From Nanobdellota archaeon (GTDB lineage Archaea > Nanobdellota > Nanobdellia > SCGC-AAA011-G17 > JACPNG01), in assembly GCA_038046345.1 (NCBI GenBank), contig JBBSWJ010000027.1, forward strand, positions 18,428 to 34,168: a stretch of DNA of 15,741 bases. The letters run 5' to 3'. Made by a program: the position numbers and the translations under genes. Shown piece after piece: positions 7,756 to 15,070 of the stretch. Below the pieces are notes generated by a model that had not been told where the DNA came from, did not search any database, and saw only the letters and a program-made list of their open reading frames with translations. Every line of letters starts with the position of its first letter. Within the stretch, counting starts at the first letter, position 1.

Positions 7756-8307
7756 ATGGCTTCACCATTAGAAAATGCAGTTCAATTCCTTAAGGACTTT
7801 GGTTTTTTTGATGTGGTTTTACCATTCTTATTTATTTTTGCCTTAGTTTTCGCAGTTTTAGAAAAAACAAAGATATTTGGAACAGTAAAAGAGGGCGACG
7901 AACAAAAACCATTGCAAAGAGTTAATGCAATGATTGCATTTGTAATTGCTTTATTCTTTGTTGCTGTGCCGTCCTTAGTACAAACAATAAAAATATCACT
8001 GCCACAGATTGCACTCTTGCTTATAGTTATTGTAACATTTTTAATGCTCATTGGCAGCTTAGCTACAGGAGCAAATCCATTAGACTTAACCGCAGACAGT
8101 TACAAATGGTGGAAAAGATTTTTGTATCTTATTATCTTATTAAGCGTCTCAGCAATATTCTTGAATAGTTTTGGATGGTTAGACCCAATATTAGACTATA
8201 TAGTTGATGAATGGCAGGACACATTCATTGTTAGTATGGTATTTTTAATCATCATTGTTACCTCAATATTATATATAGTAGGCAAGGGAGAAGGTAAGAA
8301 AGAATAA
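7756..8307 (+). CDS. Polytopic membrane protein, paralogue 1 of 3
   Basis: About 5 TM segments. N-terminal motif FDVVLPFLFIFALVFAVLEKTKIFG is shared with the next two genes. Confidence 0.88.
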   Translation: MASPLENAVQFLKDFGFFDVVLPFLFIFALVFAVLEKTKIFGTVKEGDEQKPLQRVNAMIAFVIALFFVAVPSLVQTIKISLPQIALLLIVIVTFLMLIGSLATGANPLDLTADSYKWWKRFLYLIILLSVSAIFLNSFGWLDPILDYIVDEWQDTFIVSMVFLIIIVTSILYIVGKGEGKKE

Positions 8308-8308
8308 T

Positions 8309-8884
8309 ATGGCAACAACTGAATTAGGCGGATTCATTAGAAACTTAGAAGAATTTGGGATTTATGAAGTGGCTTTACCATTTCTTTTGGTATTTACAAT
8401 AATCTTTGCAATACTCCAAAAATCTAAAATACTGGGCGAAAGCGTAGATAAACACCCCATCAAGAATCTAAATGTAGTCATATCATTAGTAATGGCCTTT
8501 TTCTTTGTTAGAAATGAAAACCTAGTTACCATAGTAAACAGATTCCTGCCAAACGTAAGCTTATTCATGGTGGTTATATTAATGTTCTTATTACTGATAG
8601 GCTTGGTATATGGCAGTGAGTACAAAGGACTGGGCGGGGCATTTTTGTTCATAGGCGCAATACTCTCAGTTGTATTTATAATCTGGAGCTTAAGCTCTGA
8701 TTCGTTAGGCAAAAATAACACATTCAATCTTCCAAGATGGGCAACTGATATAAGCCCGGACACTAAAACGATTATTATAGTAATTGCAGTAATATTCTTA
8801 CTTGTCTGGTGGCTTTCAAGAGACAATAGCGGAGGTTTCACCGCCCCTGACTGGTCAAAACCGGGTAGTTGGTATAATAAATAA
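8309..8884 (+). CDS. Polytopic membrane protein, paralogue 2 of 3
   Basis: YEVALPFLLVFTIIFAILQKSKILG...NVVISLVMAFFFV...LPNVSLFMVVILMFLLLIG. 1-nt gap from paralogue 1. Confidence 0.88.
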   Translation: MATTELGGFIRNLEEFGIYEVALPFLLVFTIIFAILQKSKILGESVDKHPIKNLNVVISLVMAFFFVRNENLVTIVNRFLPNVSLFMVVILMFLLLIGLVYGSEYKGLGGAFLFIGAILSVVFIIWSLSSDSLGKNNTFNLPRWATDISPDTKTIIIVIAVIFLLVWWLSRDNSGGFTAPDWSKPGSWYNK

Positions 8885-8885
8885 A

Positions 8886-9419
8886 ATGGCAATTCCGCTT
8901 GAATCCGCAATAAGTTTCACAGAGTCTATTAAACCAATATTTGTATTCATAATGGTTTGGTTGATAATTTATGGAACTCTAAGGGCTACAAAAGTATTAT
9001 TCAATGGAGATGAAAGATTAAGCGCCTTATTAGCTTTTATTTTTGGAATACTTTTTATCTTGTTTCCAGGTTTAACTGAAGCAATAAGCATAGCAGTGCC
9101 ATGGGTTGCGATATTAATAATGGTAATAATGTTCATAATCTTAATATTCATGTTTGCTGGAGTAAAAGGTGAGACCATAACAAAAAATATATTCCAGGAA
9201 AGCACATGGGTATGGGTTATTGTCCTTATTGTTATTGGTATATTCTTTGCAGCACTAAGCCAAGTGTATGGACCAATAATATCAACGCTATCTTCAGATC
9301 AAGCAGCTCAGCAGGGTTTAACATATGATGTGGCTAAGATAATATTTAATCCAAAATTATTAGGCTTCTTATTGATTATAGTTATAGCAAGTCAAACCGT
9401 AAAATTAATAGTACGCTGA
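8886..9419 (+). CDS. Polytopic membrane protein, paralogue 3 of 3 (start corrected from 8802 to ATG 8886)
   Basis: MAIPLESAISF parallels MASPLENAVQF of paralogue 1. PIFVFIMVWLIIYGTLRATKVLFNG and VPWVAILIMVIMFIILI align with the other two. 1-nt gap from paralogue 2. Confidence 0.85.
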   Translation: MAIPLESAISFTESIKPIFVFIMVWLIIYGTLRATKVLFNGDERLSALLAFIFGILFILFPGLTEAISIAVPWVAILIMVIMFIILIFMFAGVKGETITKNIFQESTWVWVIVLIVIGIFFAALSQVYGPIISTLSSDQAAQQGLTYDVAKIIFNPKLLGFLLIIVIASQTVKLIVR

Positions 9420-10058
9420 TCAAAATTTCTTTATCTTTTCTGTAACTTTATTTAATTCTTTAATATTAGATGTTAATGGTTCCATAATGTTTTGGAAGAC
9501 TTTCTCAAGTGCTTTCATTTCTGTTGTCATATCCTGAACACCTTGAGAATACTCATCAACTTTTCCAAGTATTGCTCCCTGTAACATATCAAAACGTCTG
9601 CCTAGGCGGATTAATTCTTGTTTTACTGCTACAATATCGTCATTAACACGGGATCTCCAAATCTCTAGATCAGTCATAGTATCAGAAATACGATTCCATC
9701 GTTCCTGCACAACTGATTCAACAATTTCGTTGACATTTGAGTTTATATCCACAACTGCTTGTTGTAGAAACTGAGGTTGTTGCATGATTGGTTTCGATTG
9801 CTGCAATCTTTGAGGCTCAGAATATTCAAAATCAGGTGATGGTACTGGAACTTCATCATCCAGTAATGATGGCTGCAAATCACTTTCAGATCTGCGAGGC
9901 TCACTGCCCACTCCATACTTAATACCAACTTGGCTCATTGCATCAGATATTTCCTTTTCTGAGTATCCACCCTCTTCTAAACTGCTAACAATCTGATCAT
10001 CAGACCAGCCTGTTTGTTTCATTTTAGAAACTTCACTGATCAACGGAGCGTTTACCAA
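9420..10058 (-). CDS. Hypothetical soluble protein: small N-terminal helical domain, P/Q/S/acidic low-complexity linker, C-terminal coiled coil
   Basis: TTG start with SD-like GTGAGGGA just upstream. Tripartite composition is visible in the translation. Confidence 0.85.
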   Translation of the reverse strand: MVNAPLISEVSKMKQTGWSDDQIVSSLEEGGYSEKEISDAMSQVGIKYGVGSEPRRSESDLQPSLLDDEVPVPSPDFEYSEPQRLQQSKPIMQQPQFLQQAVVDINSNVNEIVESVVQERWNRISDTMTDLEIWRSRVNDDIVAVKQELIRLGRRFDMLQGAILGKVDEYSQGVQDMTTEMKALEKVFQNIMEPLTSNIKELNKVTEKIKKF

Positions 10059-10413
10059 CTTCGTCCCTCACAATATTCTTAACGTCTTCTTCGGTAACAA
10101 ACCTCATAGGGTTCCATAAATCCACATACTTTTCAAGTAGCTTCAGTTTATCCTTCCTAGCAAATTGTTTAGTTTCTTTGATCATATCCTGCATTGCTTC
10201 CTTTACCCTTAGCATCTCAATTTTAATGTCTCTTAATTCTGAGTTCATAATATGTAATTGCTGTGTTAATTGTTTGTATTCTATGATCATATTCTTATTT
10301 ATCACCAATACTCTTTCAGACATAAGGGTTTGCTTGCTTTCCAGTCCTCTAACTCTGCTAATTACTTCGTTTAAAATATATCCTGGATCTGAAGTAGGTT
10401 GTTCTAATGCCAT
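10033..10413 (-). CDS. Hypothetical coiled-coil protein, 126 aa (start corrected from 10515 to ATG 10413)
   Basis: The 34 upstream codons run through the AT-rich promoter and overlap the ATPase start. MALEQPTSD... is followed by a long heptad-like helix and KYVDLWNPMRFVT. Confidence 0.85.
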   Translation of the reverse strand: MALEQPTSDPGYILNEVISRVRGLESKQTLMSERVLVINKNMIIEYKQLTQQLHIMNSELRDIKIEMLRVKEAMQDMIKETKQFARKDKLKLLEKYVDLWNPMRFVTEEDVKNIVRDEVGKRSVDQ

Positions 10414-10440
10414 GATTTTTTTCCGAAAACTATATATTTT

Positions 10441-10475
10441 CTTATTATAACTTACTGATGAGATGTTATAAAAAG
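10441..10475. promoter_or_regulatory. Inverted repeat made of two outward-facing TATA boxes (divergent promoter)
   Basis: CTTATTATAAC (10441-10451) and GTTATAAAAAG (10465-10475) are reverse complements at 10 of 11 positions, with a 13-nt spacer. Confidence 0.6.
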
Positions 10476-10500
10476 TTGTGTAACTCTGCAGGGTGGTAAC

Positions 10501-12792
10501 ATGCCAAATGAACAAAAAAGAGAATATGAAATATTAAAACAAGGACCTGAAGATATAATGCGTATAAACGCAGAAGCATGGGCATTCAGTCCTTCACTTG
10601 AAGATAATCCTCTAGTAATGTCTACAACAATTGATCATCTGATAGAATCACCTGGTGTGGCAAGTATAATCTTTTCTCAAAGAAAACAGTACCATTATGA
10701 TTACCATCAAACACAAATGCTAATTGAAATTGCTAATATTTACAAAATGTTGGTAAGACAAACAAAAATATTAAGCCTGCAGGCTTTAGGGCTAAGCACA
10801 ATAGCTTCCGCATATTTGCCAACATGGCAGGCGCAAATACAGGAGATATTGCTAAACCATATGCGGCAGGATCCAATAGGAGCATATATCTTACTAAAAC
10901 GGTTGATACGCCAAGAAAAAATAAAGTTAGCTAAATGCCAAGCAGAGCTACATGATTCATATCAAGGTTATGTAGATATCTTAGCCTACTTGTACAATCT
11001 CCTGGACAGCACCCAATTAATCAGCACAGTTAAACAAGATTTATCAGGGCACAGTGTAGGAGACAGAGAGATTTACAAAACAATTTTTAGACCGGCAATT
11101 ACTCCTGATTTTATTTACACAAGATTAATGGCTCAACCGCCAATCAATGGCATTGAGAAAGATGTCTATAGCGTAGGAAACAGCGATATAGTAGTATACG
11201 ACCAATTTCATAACATAAAACATCTCTATCATCTAACACCACCAGAATTTAAGCTAACAGAAGACAAGTATCAGCTATTAGACTTAGCAAGAAATGTATT
11301 ATCAGAGCATAGGCCCCGTGAAGAAGAGTTCTTAGAGCCAGAAAGATTAAGAAAAACATTCTATAACATAGGGCGCGATTTACTCCAGGAATTAGGAGAT
11401 AACAGAGGATTAGAACTATCCCAGCTAGAATTGCATGAGCTTGCCACAATATTAGTAAGATACACAATAGGTTTTGGATTGTTAGAAGTATTATTAGAAG
11501 ATCAAAAAATACAGGATATAACAGTAAACAGCCCGCCGGGACAATCCCCAATATTTATAGTGCACGAAGAATTTGGAGATTGTGAAACAAATATTATTCC
11601 TTCCCGAGAGGATACCGAATCATGGGCCACAAAATTTAGAATACTGTCGGGAAGACCGCTTGATGAAGCAAATCCTATACTTGATACCGAACTAAGCATA
11701 CCTGGTGCTAGGGCAAGAGTAGCAATAGTTCAATCACCGCTAAACCCGTTCGGAATATCTTACGCTTTCAGAAGGCATAGGGACAAACCTTGGACCTTGC
11801 CATTATTCATAAACGCTAAAATGTTAAATCCACTCGCAGGAGGGCTTCTAAGTTTCTTTCTTGATAATGGCAGAGCTCTAATATTTGGAGGCAGCAGATC
11901 CAGTGGAAAAAGCTCGTTGCTTGGCAGTGGTATACTTGAGATTATGCGGCGTTTTAGGATAATAACAGTGGAAGATACTTTAGAACTAAGTCATGAAGCC
12001 TACAGAAAACTTGGTTTTAATATTCAAGCCATGAAAGTGAGGTCAGCACTAACAAAGGGAGGTACGGAAGTAGCAGCAGATGAGGGGGTAAGAACAAGCT
12101 TAAGACTTGGTGATTCAGCGCTTATTATAGGAGAGATAAGATCCACTGAAAGTCTTGCACTATTTGAAGCAATGAGGATTGGAGCGCTAGCGAATGTAGT
12201 TGCTGGAACAATACACGCAGAAAGTCCATATGGTGTGTATGATCGTCTTGTAAATGACCTTGGCGTTCCAAAAACAAGTTTTAAAGCTGCTGATATCATA
12301 ATTATCTCAAACCCAATAAGAAGTCCTGACGGTTTAAGCAGGAAAAGAAGAGTTGTTCAGATAACTGAAGTAAGAAAGCATTGGGAAAACGACCCCCTGG
12401 CAGAAAGAGGATTCGTAGACTTGATGAAGTATAATCCAATAACTGATGAGTTAGAACCAACCCCTGAATTGATAAACGGAGATAGTGAAGTTATAAAATC
12501 TATTGCAGGGCGAGTAAGTGAATGGGCTGGTAATTGGGATGCAATATGGGGGAACATTCAGTTAAGAGCTGCAATACAAAAAACAATTGTAGAATATTCA
12601 GCAAGGTATAACTCACCTGAAATGTTAGAAGCATCATTCGTAATCCAGTCAAACGATCAGTTGCATAAACTGATAGAAGAAGTAAGAACAGTAGAGGGTG
12701 CTATCGACAATAAGCATGTTTACCTGTTATGGGAAGATTGGATGAAGAGAGCAATTAAGCAATTAAGCGAAGAAAAAGAGGGAGCAGTTTGA
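10501..12792 (+). CDS. Type II/IV secretion / type IV filament assembly ATPase (VirB11/ArlI/PilB/TadA family) with long N-terminal extension
   Basis: LLEDQKIQDITVN, RARVAIV, YAFRRH, Walker A GGSRSSGKSS, Asp box TVEDTLEL, SLRLGDSALIIGEIRS (Walker B), His box GTIHAES, and RRVVQITEV. Confidence 0.93.
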   Translation: MPNEQKREYEILKQGPEDIMRINAEAWAFSPSLEDNPLVMSTTIDHLIESPGVASIIFSQRKQYHYDYHQTQMLIEIANIYKMLVRQTKILSLQALGLSTIASAYLPTWQAQIQEILLNHMRQDPIGAYILLKRLIRQEKIKLAKCQAELHDSYQGYVDILAYLYNLLDSTQLISTVKQDLSGHSVGDREIYKTIFRPAITPDFIYTRLMAQPPINGIEKDVYSVGNSDIVVYDQFHNIKHLYHLTPPEFKLTEDKYQLLDLARNVLSEHRPREEEFLEPERLRKTFYNIGRDLLQELGDNRGLELSQLELHELATILVRYTIGFGLLEVLLEDQKIQDITVNSPPGQSPIFIVHEEFGDCETNIIPSREDTESWATKFRILSGRPLDEANPILDTELSIPGARARVAIVQSPLNPFGISYAFRRHRDKPWTLPLFINAKMLNPLAGGLLSFFLDNGRALIFGGSRSSGKSSLLGSGILEIMRRFRIITVEDTLELSHEAYRKLGFNIQAMKVRSALTKGGTEVAADEGVRTSLRLGDSALIIGEIRSTESLALFEAMRIGALANVVAGTIHAESPYGVYDRLVNDLGVPKTSFKAADIIIISNPIRSPDGLSRKRRVVQITEVRKHWENDPLAERGFVDLMKYNPITDELEPTPELINGDSEVIKSIAGRVSEWAGNWDAIWGNIQLRAAIQKTIVEYSARYNSPEMLEASFVIQSNDQLHKLIEEVRTVEGAIDNKHVYLLWEDWMKRAIKQLSEEKEGAV

Positions 12793-14954
12793 GCAGAGAA
12801 GAAGAAATTCTAAGAAAATATCAATACAAGCTTGGTGGAGATACAGGTGGTTTATCAGACAATGAAACATTCTCAAGAGAGTATGAGATATTTAGAGAAG
12901 AAGCACTTGATAATACTGACACTTTTTATGCAAGAATAGCAAGAAAAGCTGGAAGGATAATAACAGTAAATCCTAAACCTGAAGAAGAAGAGAAATTACA
13001 AGAATCAATTGAATGGGCTCATTTAACCATGCGCCCGAGTGACGCAACTAGTTTAGCCGCTTTAACTGGTTTGATGATAATAGTATTAGCCATAGCGTCC
13101 ATTCTGCTACAAGCCGTACTATTTTATATGAGTCAAAATGACTCCGCCCTGTTAGGATCAATCAATTTATTCCTGCCTTTATTTGTGATGCTGTTAGGTG
13201 CGATTATAATCAGGCCTTTAAGTAAATATCCTCATTATGTAGCAAGTAAATGGCGATTAAGAGTGAGCAATCAAATGGTTCTTTGTATTCTTTACATTGT
13301 AATGTATATGCGGCATACAAGCAACCTGGAGCATGCAATAAAATTTGCAGGATTACATGTAGGTCAGCCATTATCATTGGATTTAAGAAAAGTTTTTTGG
13401 GATGTTGCTGCTGATAAGTATTCTACAATAAAAGAAAGTTTAGATGCTTACTTGTCTAAATGGCAAAAATATAATCTTGAATTTGTAGAATCATTCAATT
13501 TGATAAGTGGAAGTCTTTCAGAACCAAACGAAACAAGGAGGGTGCAGTTACTTGAAAAATCATTGGATGTAATGTTAGATGGTACATATGATAAAATGTT
13601 GCATTTTGCACATGAGTTAAAATCACCATTAACAATTCTTTATTATTTGGGGATCCTTCTTCCAATACTTGGACTTGTGATATTCCCCCTGATAAGTGCA
13701 TTACTGAGCGGCCTTGTAAAATGGTATCATCTAGCAATATTGTATAATCTTCTAATTCCATTGGGAGTTTATTTTCTAGGATATAACATCTTATCAAAAA
13801 GATCAACAGGATATGGTGACACTTCAATAAACAATCAGTTCAAGTTTTACAATCCACCAGGTCTAAAATTAATAACTGGATTTCTGATAACCATTTTTTT
13901 AGCGGCAGGATTTCTTCCTATAATACTTCACTTACTGTATCCAGGTTATGATCCAATACTTTTTGAGGGCAGCACATTCATAGAAGGCAGATTACTTGAC
14001 TACAAATGTGATTACAATGTACAAACTGGAGCTCAAAGTTGTGTTGGTCCATATGGCTTATTCTCGCTTATATTAAGTCTGCTGATACCATTAGGTGTCG
14101 GATTAGGAATAGGTATGTATTACAAAGCTAAAACAAAGGAGCTTATCCTGATAAGAAACAAAACAAAAGATCTTGAAACAGAATTTATTGGCAGCTTATT
14201 TCAGCTTGGTAATAGAATAGCAGATGGTATCCCTGTAGAAGTTGCATTTTCAAAAGTATTAAAGGATATGAAGGGAACACCGAGCGGGGAGTTTTTTTCC
14301 ATAGCAGATTATAACATGAAACAGTTAGGTATGAGCTTGGAAGACGCATTGTTTGATAAAAAATATGGTGCAGTGAACTTTTTCCCATCATCCTTAGTAC
14401 AGACAAGTATGAGAATATTAACAGAAGGGGCTGGCAAAGGACCGCAAGCTGCATCAAAAAGTATGATAAGCATATCGGCTTATGTTGACAGAATTAATAA
14501 AGTAAATCAAAGGCTGAGGGATTTGTTAGCAGAAATTACAACAGGGATGAAAACTCAAGTAACATTCATGACTCCATTAATTGCTGGGATAGTTGTTGGT
14601 GTGTCAAGCATGCTGGTAAACATACTCAACCAGCTTGGGGAAAAAATAAGCCAAGCACAAGGGAGTCAAGCAGATTTAACATCGTTACAAACAAGTTTGA
14701 GCGCTTTTAATATAGAAAATGTTATTCCAAGTTTTTTCTTTCAGGTAGTTGTTGGAGTATTTGTTCTTGAAGTAGGATTTGTTTTAACCTATTTAAGCAG
14801 CACTATAGAAAATGGAGTAGATTGGCTTGCAGAGAAACATGCATTAGGAAAAAGTTTAGTGTTTGGGATGTTGTTATACTCTGCAATAAGTTTTTTTGGG
14901 ATTATAATATTTGCAGTGCTAGCCGGGGGGCTTGGAAACTTTGGCGGAACTTAA
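12789..14954 (+). CDS. Type IV filament membrane platform protein (ArlJ/PilC/TadB-TadC-like, two T2SSF-like repeats)
   Basis: TTG start with SD GAGGGAG, overlapping the ATPase stop by 4 nt. Two cytoplasmic helical domains (SNLEHAIKFA...; LFQLGNRIADGIPVEVAF...) are each followed by TM clusters. Canonical position after the ATPase. Confidence 0.88.
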   Translation: MSREEEILRKYQYKLGGDTGGLSDNETFSREYEIFREEALDNTDTFYARIARKAGRIITVNPKPEEEEKLQESIEWAHLTMRPSDATSLAALTGLMIIVLAIASILLQAVLFYMSQNDSALLGSINLFLPLFVMLLGAIIIRPLSKYPHYVASKWRLRVSNQMVLCILYIVMYMRHTSNLEHAIKFAGLHVGQPLSLDLRKVFWDVAADKYSTIKESLDAYLSKWQKYNLEFVESFNLISGSLSEPNETRRVQLLEKSLDVMLDGTYDKMLHFAHELKSPLTILYYLGILLPILGLVIFPLISALLSGLVKWYHLAILYNLLIPLGVYFLGYNILSKRSTGYGDTSINNQFKFYNPPGLKLITGFLITIFLAAGFLPIILHLLYPGYDPILFEGSTFIEGRLLDYKCDYNVQTGAQSCVGPYGLFSLILSLLIPLGVGLGIGMYYKAKTKELILIRNKTKDLETEFIGSLFQLGNRIADGIPVEVAFSKVLKDMKGTPSGEFFSIADYNMKQLGMSLEDALFDKKYGAVNFFPSSLVQTSMRILTEGAGKGPQAASKSMISISAYVDRINKVNQRLRDLLAEITTGMKTQVTFMTPLIAGIVVGVSSMLVNILNQLGEKISQAQGSQADLTSLQTSLSAFNIENVIPSFFFQVVVGVFVLEVGFVLTYLSSTIENGVDWLAEKHALGKSLVFGMLLYSAISFFGIIIFAVLAGGLGNFGGT

Positions 14955-14955
14955 A

Positions 14956-15070
14956 TGACAGGCAAACATTTGTGACATACTCTTACACACTGAAGTGTGG
15001 AGCTTCCTGTTTCGACGACAGAACTATTGTTCTATCTCCACAGGCTTCAACCGAATGTCCTTCGGCAGGT
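14956..15070 (-). ncRNA. Predicted TnpB omegaRNA/reRNA (scaffold overlapping the tnpB 3' end plus ~16-nt flanking guide); 5' boundary uncertain
   Basis: Minus-strand hairpins CCGAA-GGACA-UUCGG (15065-15051), GAUAGAAC-AAUA-GUUCUGUC (15036-15017, includes a U-G pair) and CACAC-UUCA-GUGUG. GUGGAG (15041-15036) can pair with CUCCAC (15002-14997). Established TnpB biology places the guide just beyond the right end. Confidence 0.65.

Noticed and set aside
7756-8420. Possible class III (prepilin) signal peptides in paralogues 1 and 2 (KDFG/FFDVV; EEFG/IYEVA)
   Set aside because: No basic residue directly before the Gly, the acidic residue is at +3 rather than +5, and the proteins are polytopic. They are not credible pilins.
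241-10413. Impression that plus-strand genes favour A-ending and minus-strand genes T-ending codons
   Set aside because: Judged by eye only and not quantified. It would be ordinary replication-strand skew if real.
10501-14954. Calling the locus an archaellum (arlI/arlJ) or a conjugative T4SS
   Set aside because: No archaellins, arlF/G/H, VirB4 or coupling protein are in the window, so a specific gene symbol is unsupported.
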